From Octopus sinensis (taxonomy: Eukaryota), in the NCBI RefSeq assembly GCF_006345805.1, contig NW_021835272.1, positions 1 to 41,181 of the forward strand: DNA of 41,181 nt, given 5' to 3'. A program made the position numbers and the translations under genes. The notes under the pieces were generated by a model. That model was not told the origin of the DNA and did no database searches. It saw only the letters and a list, made by a program, of their open reading frames with translations. Of the stretch, positions 37,505-41,181 are shown piece by piece (position 1 is the first letter of the stretch; each line of letters begins with the position of its first letter).

Positions 37505-39950
37505 ATAAAACTTACTTGGAAAAGGATGCGTGGCGTTCGATCATATGATAATATAAATAATATATGAATACATGAATATATACATACATATTTGTACATA
37601 CCTACATATATATGTATATATACATGCATATATGGGAACAGACATCAAAAAAACATTGAACACAATAAGAAACGAAAACATGAAAACAAAAACATAGAAA
37701 ACGAACTTTTTTTCGAACAACGAAAAAACAACAAATAGAGAAACGAGCCATGGAACATAAAGAATATTTCCCTTCATCAGTTGTCCGTTTCATCTACTCC
37801 GCGTTCGAAGGTAAGGACAAAAAGCGACTTCGTTGAAACAGTCCTTCCCGCAAAGCAAATTAAATAAAATTTGGGATTTTTTGCGGAGGGTGAAAGTAGT
37901 AACAAGAAGAAGACAGTAAAAACAAACGGTGAGGGATGTTAAGCCAAGACGACAGGAAAATTATTATGAACGCTAGGAGGACGAGCTATGAGAGGAGAGA
38001 GGTATAAGCATGTCTTGTCTTTAGGAAGGAAATGGACAGAAAGATAGATTCCTTTTCGTCACGTGTCAGCGACGAGAGTCAAAGAGGAAGAGTGAGAGAG
38101 AAGGAACGGAGGAGAGGAGAGGAGAAGAAAAGGGAAGGATGGGAGAGAAAACCAGAAAGGATGAAGAACATTAGAGAGAGAGAGATAGACAGAGAAGCGA
38201 TAGTAGAGATAGAAGAGTGCGCATCGGAATTATTAAGATAAAACTTACTTCGAAAAGGATCATATAATACTCTTTTACTCTTTTACATGTTTCAGTCATT
38301 TGACTGCGGCCATGCTGGAGCACCGCCTTTAGTCGAGCAAATCGACCCCGAGACTTATTCTTTTTTAAGCCCAGTACTTATTCTATCGGTCTCTTTTGCC
38401 GAACCGCTAAGTTACGGGGACGTAAACACACCAGCATCGGTTGTCAAGCAATGCTAGGGGTACAAACACAGACACACAAACACACACACATACATACATA
38501 TACATATATACACATATATATGACAGGTTTCTTTCAGTTTCCGTCTACCAAATCCACTCACAAGGCATTGGTCGGCCCGGGGCTATAGCAGAAGACACTT
38601 ACCCAAGATGCCACGCAGTGGGACTGAACACGGAACCATGTGGTTGGTTAGCAAGCTACTTGCCACACAGCCACTCCTGCGCCTGAATAATAATATAAAT
38701 AATATATAAATATATGTATATATACATGCATATATGTACGTACCTACATATATATGTATATATACATGCATATATGGGAACAGGACATCAAAAAACGTTA
38801 AGCACAATGACAAACGAAAACATAAAAACAAAAACATAGAAAACGAACTTTTTTTTCGAACAACGAAAAAACAACAAGCAGAGGAAACGAGACATGCAAC
38901 AGAAAGAATATTTCCCTTCATCAGTTGTCCCCTGTTCCATCTTCTCCGCGTTCGAAGGTAAGGACAATACGCAATACCTTTGAAACGCGGAGTAGATGAA
39001 ACAGGGACAACTGAAGAAGGGAAATATTCTTTATGTTGTATGTCTCGTTTCTCTGTTTGTTTCGTTGTTCGTAAAAAAGTTCGTTTTCTATGTTTTTGTT
39101 TTCATGTTTTCGTTTCTTATTGTGCTCAACGTTTTTTTTTTATGTCCTGTTCCCATATATGCATGTATATATACATATATATGTAGGTACGTACATATAT
39201 GCATGTATATATACATATATTTATATATTATTTATATTATTATATGATCGCATCCTTTTCCAAGTAAGTTTTATCTTAATAATTCCGATGCGCACTCTTC
39301 TATCTCTACTATCTCTTCTCTGTCTATCTCTCTCCCTCTATTGTTCTTCATCCTTTCTGGTTTTCTCTCCCACCCTTCCCTATTCTTCTCCTCTCTTCTT
39401 CACCGTTCCTTCTCTCACTCTCCCTCCTTGACTCTCTAGTCGCTGACACGTGACGAAAGGGAATCTATCTTTCTGTCCATTTCCTTCCTAAAGACAAGAC
39501 GTGCTTATACCTGTCTCCTCTCAAAGCTCGTCCTCTTAGCGTTCATAATAATTTTTCTGTCGTCTTGGCTTAATAGCTCTCAGCTTTTGTTTTTACTGTC
39601 TTGTTCTCACTGTCCTGTTCTTGTTACCACTTTCACCCTCCATAAAAAATCCCAAATTTTATTTAATTTGCTTTGCAGGAAGGACGGTTTCAACGAAGTC
39701 GCTTGTTGTCCTTACCTTCGAACGCGGAGTAGATGAAACGGACAACTGATGAAGGGAAATATTCTTTATGTTGCATGTCTCGTTTCTCTATTTGTTGTTT
39801 TTTCGATGTTCGAAATAAAAAATGTTTCTATGTTTTTGTTTTCATGTTCTAGTTTCTTATTGTGTCCATGCATGTAAATATATATATATGTAGGTATGTA
39901 CATTATATGTATGTATCTATGCATATATTTATATATTATTTATATTATAT
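37505..39950. mobile_element. Non-coding ~735-bp unit in tandem and inverted arrangement (probable non-autonomous Penelope derivative)
   Basis: ataaaacttactt(g/c)gaaaaggat at 37505 and 38238; orientation flips at 38961-38974; 38975-39950 mirrors the left arm. Confidence 0.75.
38269..38684 (-). mobile_element. SINE family B, full length, inserted in the left arm of the fold-back
   Basis: Reverse complement of the 28052-28464 type; absent from the mirrored arm. Confidence 0.93.
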
Positions 39951-40089
39951 ATATATATATCTATATATATATATATATAATATTATATATAGTTATTTTT
40001 ATTTTATTTTATTGTGTTTATATATATGTAATTATATATATATATAATTTTATTAGATTATATATATATTATATATATAATATAATATA

Positions 40090-40292
40090 GTTAATCCAAA
40101 CAAGAAAACACAAAAAAAACACAACAACGCAAGGACATGAAACAAATATAGTATTATTGGACGCTCAGGAAAGGAGGGAAGAAGGCGGGTTTAACGTTTC
40201 GAGCGGAGCTCTTCGTCGGAAACATAGGAGAAGGAAAGATCCGAGAGGAAGACAGAGGAAAAAAACCGCCAACGGTACACACGAGGTTCACA
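40090..40292 (-). mobile_element. Solo Penelope pLTR fragment within (TA)n
   Basis: Shares gtatta...cgctcaggaaa and tttaacgtttcgagc...gctcttc with 33658-33723. Confidence 0.75.
40189..40223 (-). ncRNA. Minimal hammerhead-like motif (U4C variant core)
   Basis: GTTT-CCGACGA-A-GAGC-tcc-GCTC-GAA-ACGT-T-AAAC. Confidence 0.62.
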
Positions 40293-40314
40293 TATATAAT
40301 ATATATATATATAT

Positions 40315-40346
<32 letters not shown>

Positions 40347-40764
40347 GTGTGTATGTATGTATGTATGTATGTATGTGCATGTATGTATGTATTATATATA
40401 TATATATATATACTCCCAGACACACACAGACACCACACATTAATTTTATGTTTATGCCAGTCATCCCACCCCACACTCAATTAATAATTGATACGAGAGC
40501 AATGAAGTACACACACATACACATAGAAAGACTGAGTATGCACACGCGTGCACACATAATGATTGCCACGACATAGATGATAGCCGTTCAACATATTCGG
40601 ATGACAGCAATGTCAAATGTAACTTTATTAGATTAGGATGCCATACGCTCACGACGATACCGTTTTATAAGTATCCAAAACAAAGCAAGATGGCCGAAAA
40701 TTATTTCGACTGCAGCTTTTATATCCATGTAGCCTTCTCGTAATTTTTCTTTGTGTAAAGCATA

Positions 40765-41181
40765 CCTATATATTTCTTTATTGCTCACAAGGGGCTAAAC
40801 GTAGAGGAGACAATCAAAGACAGACAAAGGGATTAAATCGATTACATCGACCTTAGTGCGTAACTGGTAATTATTTATCGGCCTCGAAAGATTGAAAGGC
40901 AAAGTCGACCACGGCGGAATTTGAACTCAGAACGTAACGGCAGCCGAAATACCTATTTCTTTACTACCCACAAGGGACTAAACACAGAGAGGACAAACAA
41001 GAAGAGGCAAGCGGATTAAGTCGATTATATGGACCCCAGAGCGTAACTGGTACTTATTTTATCGACCCCGAAAGGATGAAAAGCAAAGTCGACCTCGGCG
41101 GAATTTGAACTCAGAACGTAACGGCAGATGAAATACCTATTTCTTTACTACCCACAAAGGGCTAAACACAGAGAGGACAAA
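40765..41181 (-). mobile_element. SINE family A head-less tandem multimer (at least 2.3 units, runs off the window)
   Basis: acctatttctttactacccacaa at 40951 and 41136 (period 185); a third tail at ~40765. Confidence 0.92.

Noticed and set aside
39746-39770. CTGATGA-AGGGAA-ata-TTCTTT as a canonical hammerhead
   Set aside because: No GAAA follows the hairpin in any of the four copies; kept only as a hint within the fold-back finding.

Overview
AT-rich, microsatellite-dense eukaryotic DNA with no credible host protein-coding exon. The SINE families match what I recall of octopus repeats, so this is most likely Octopus intronic or intergenic sequence (inference). Contents: about 35 tRNA-headed or other SINE-like copies of four families (named A-D here); a 5'-truncated Neptune-type Penelope-like retroelement (RT + GIY-YIG, 33598-36403, minus); two RTE-clade LINE fragments; Tc1/mariner, hAT and possibly Academ DNA-transposon remnants; a 36-bp minisatellite; and a 1.6-kb (AAT)n array. 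The most interesting signal is RNA-level. About 10 hammerhead-ribozyme-like cores (CUGANGA/stem II/GAAA with palindromic stem III) are present: one is textbook (21641-21718) and two covary but have non-canonical cores. They occur alongside non-coding Penelope-style fold-back and tandem elements and near-identical local duplications. SINE family A also forms head-less ~185-bp tandem multimers with a fixed junction, suggestive of circular-template copying. Almost all ORFs in the supplied track are microsatellite artefacts. Alignments were done by eye and boundaries are approximate.
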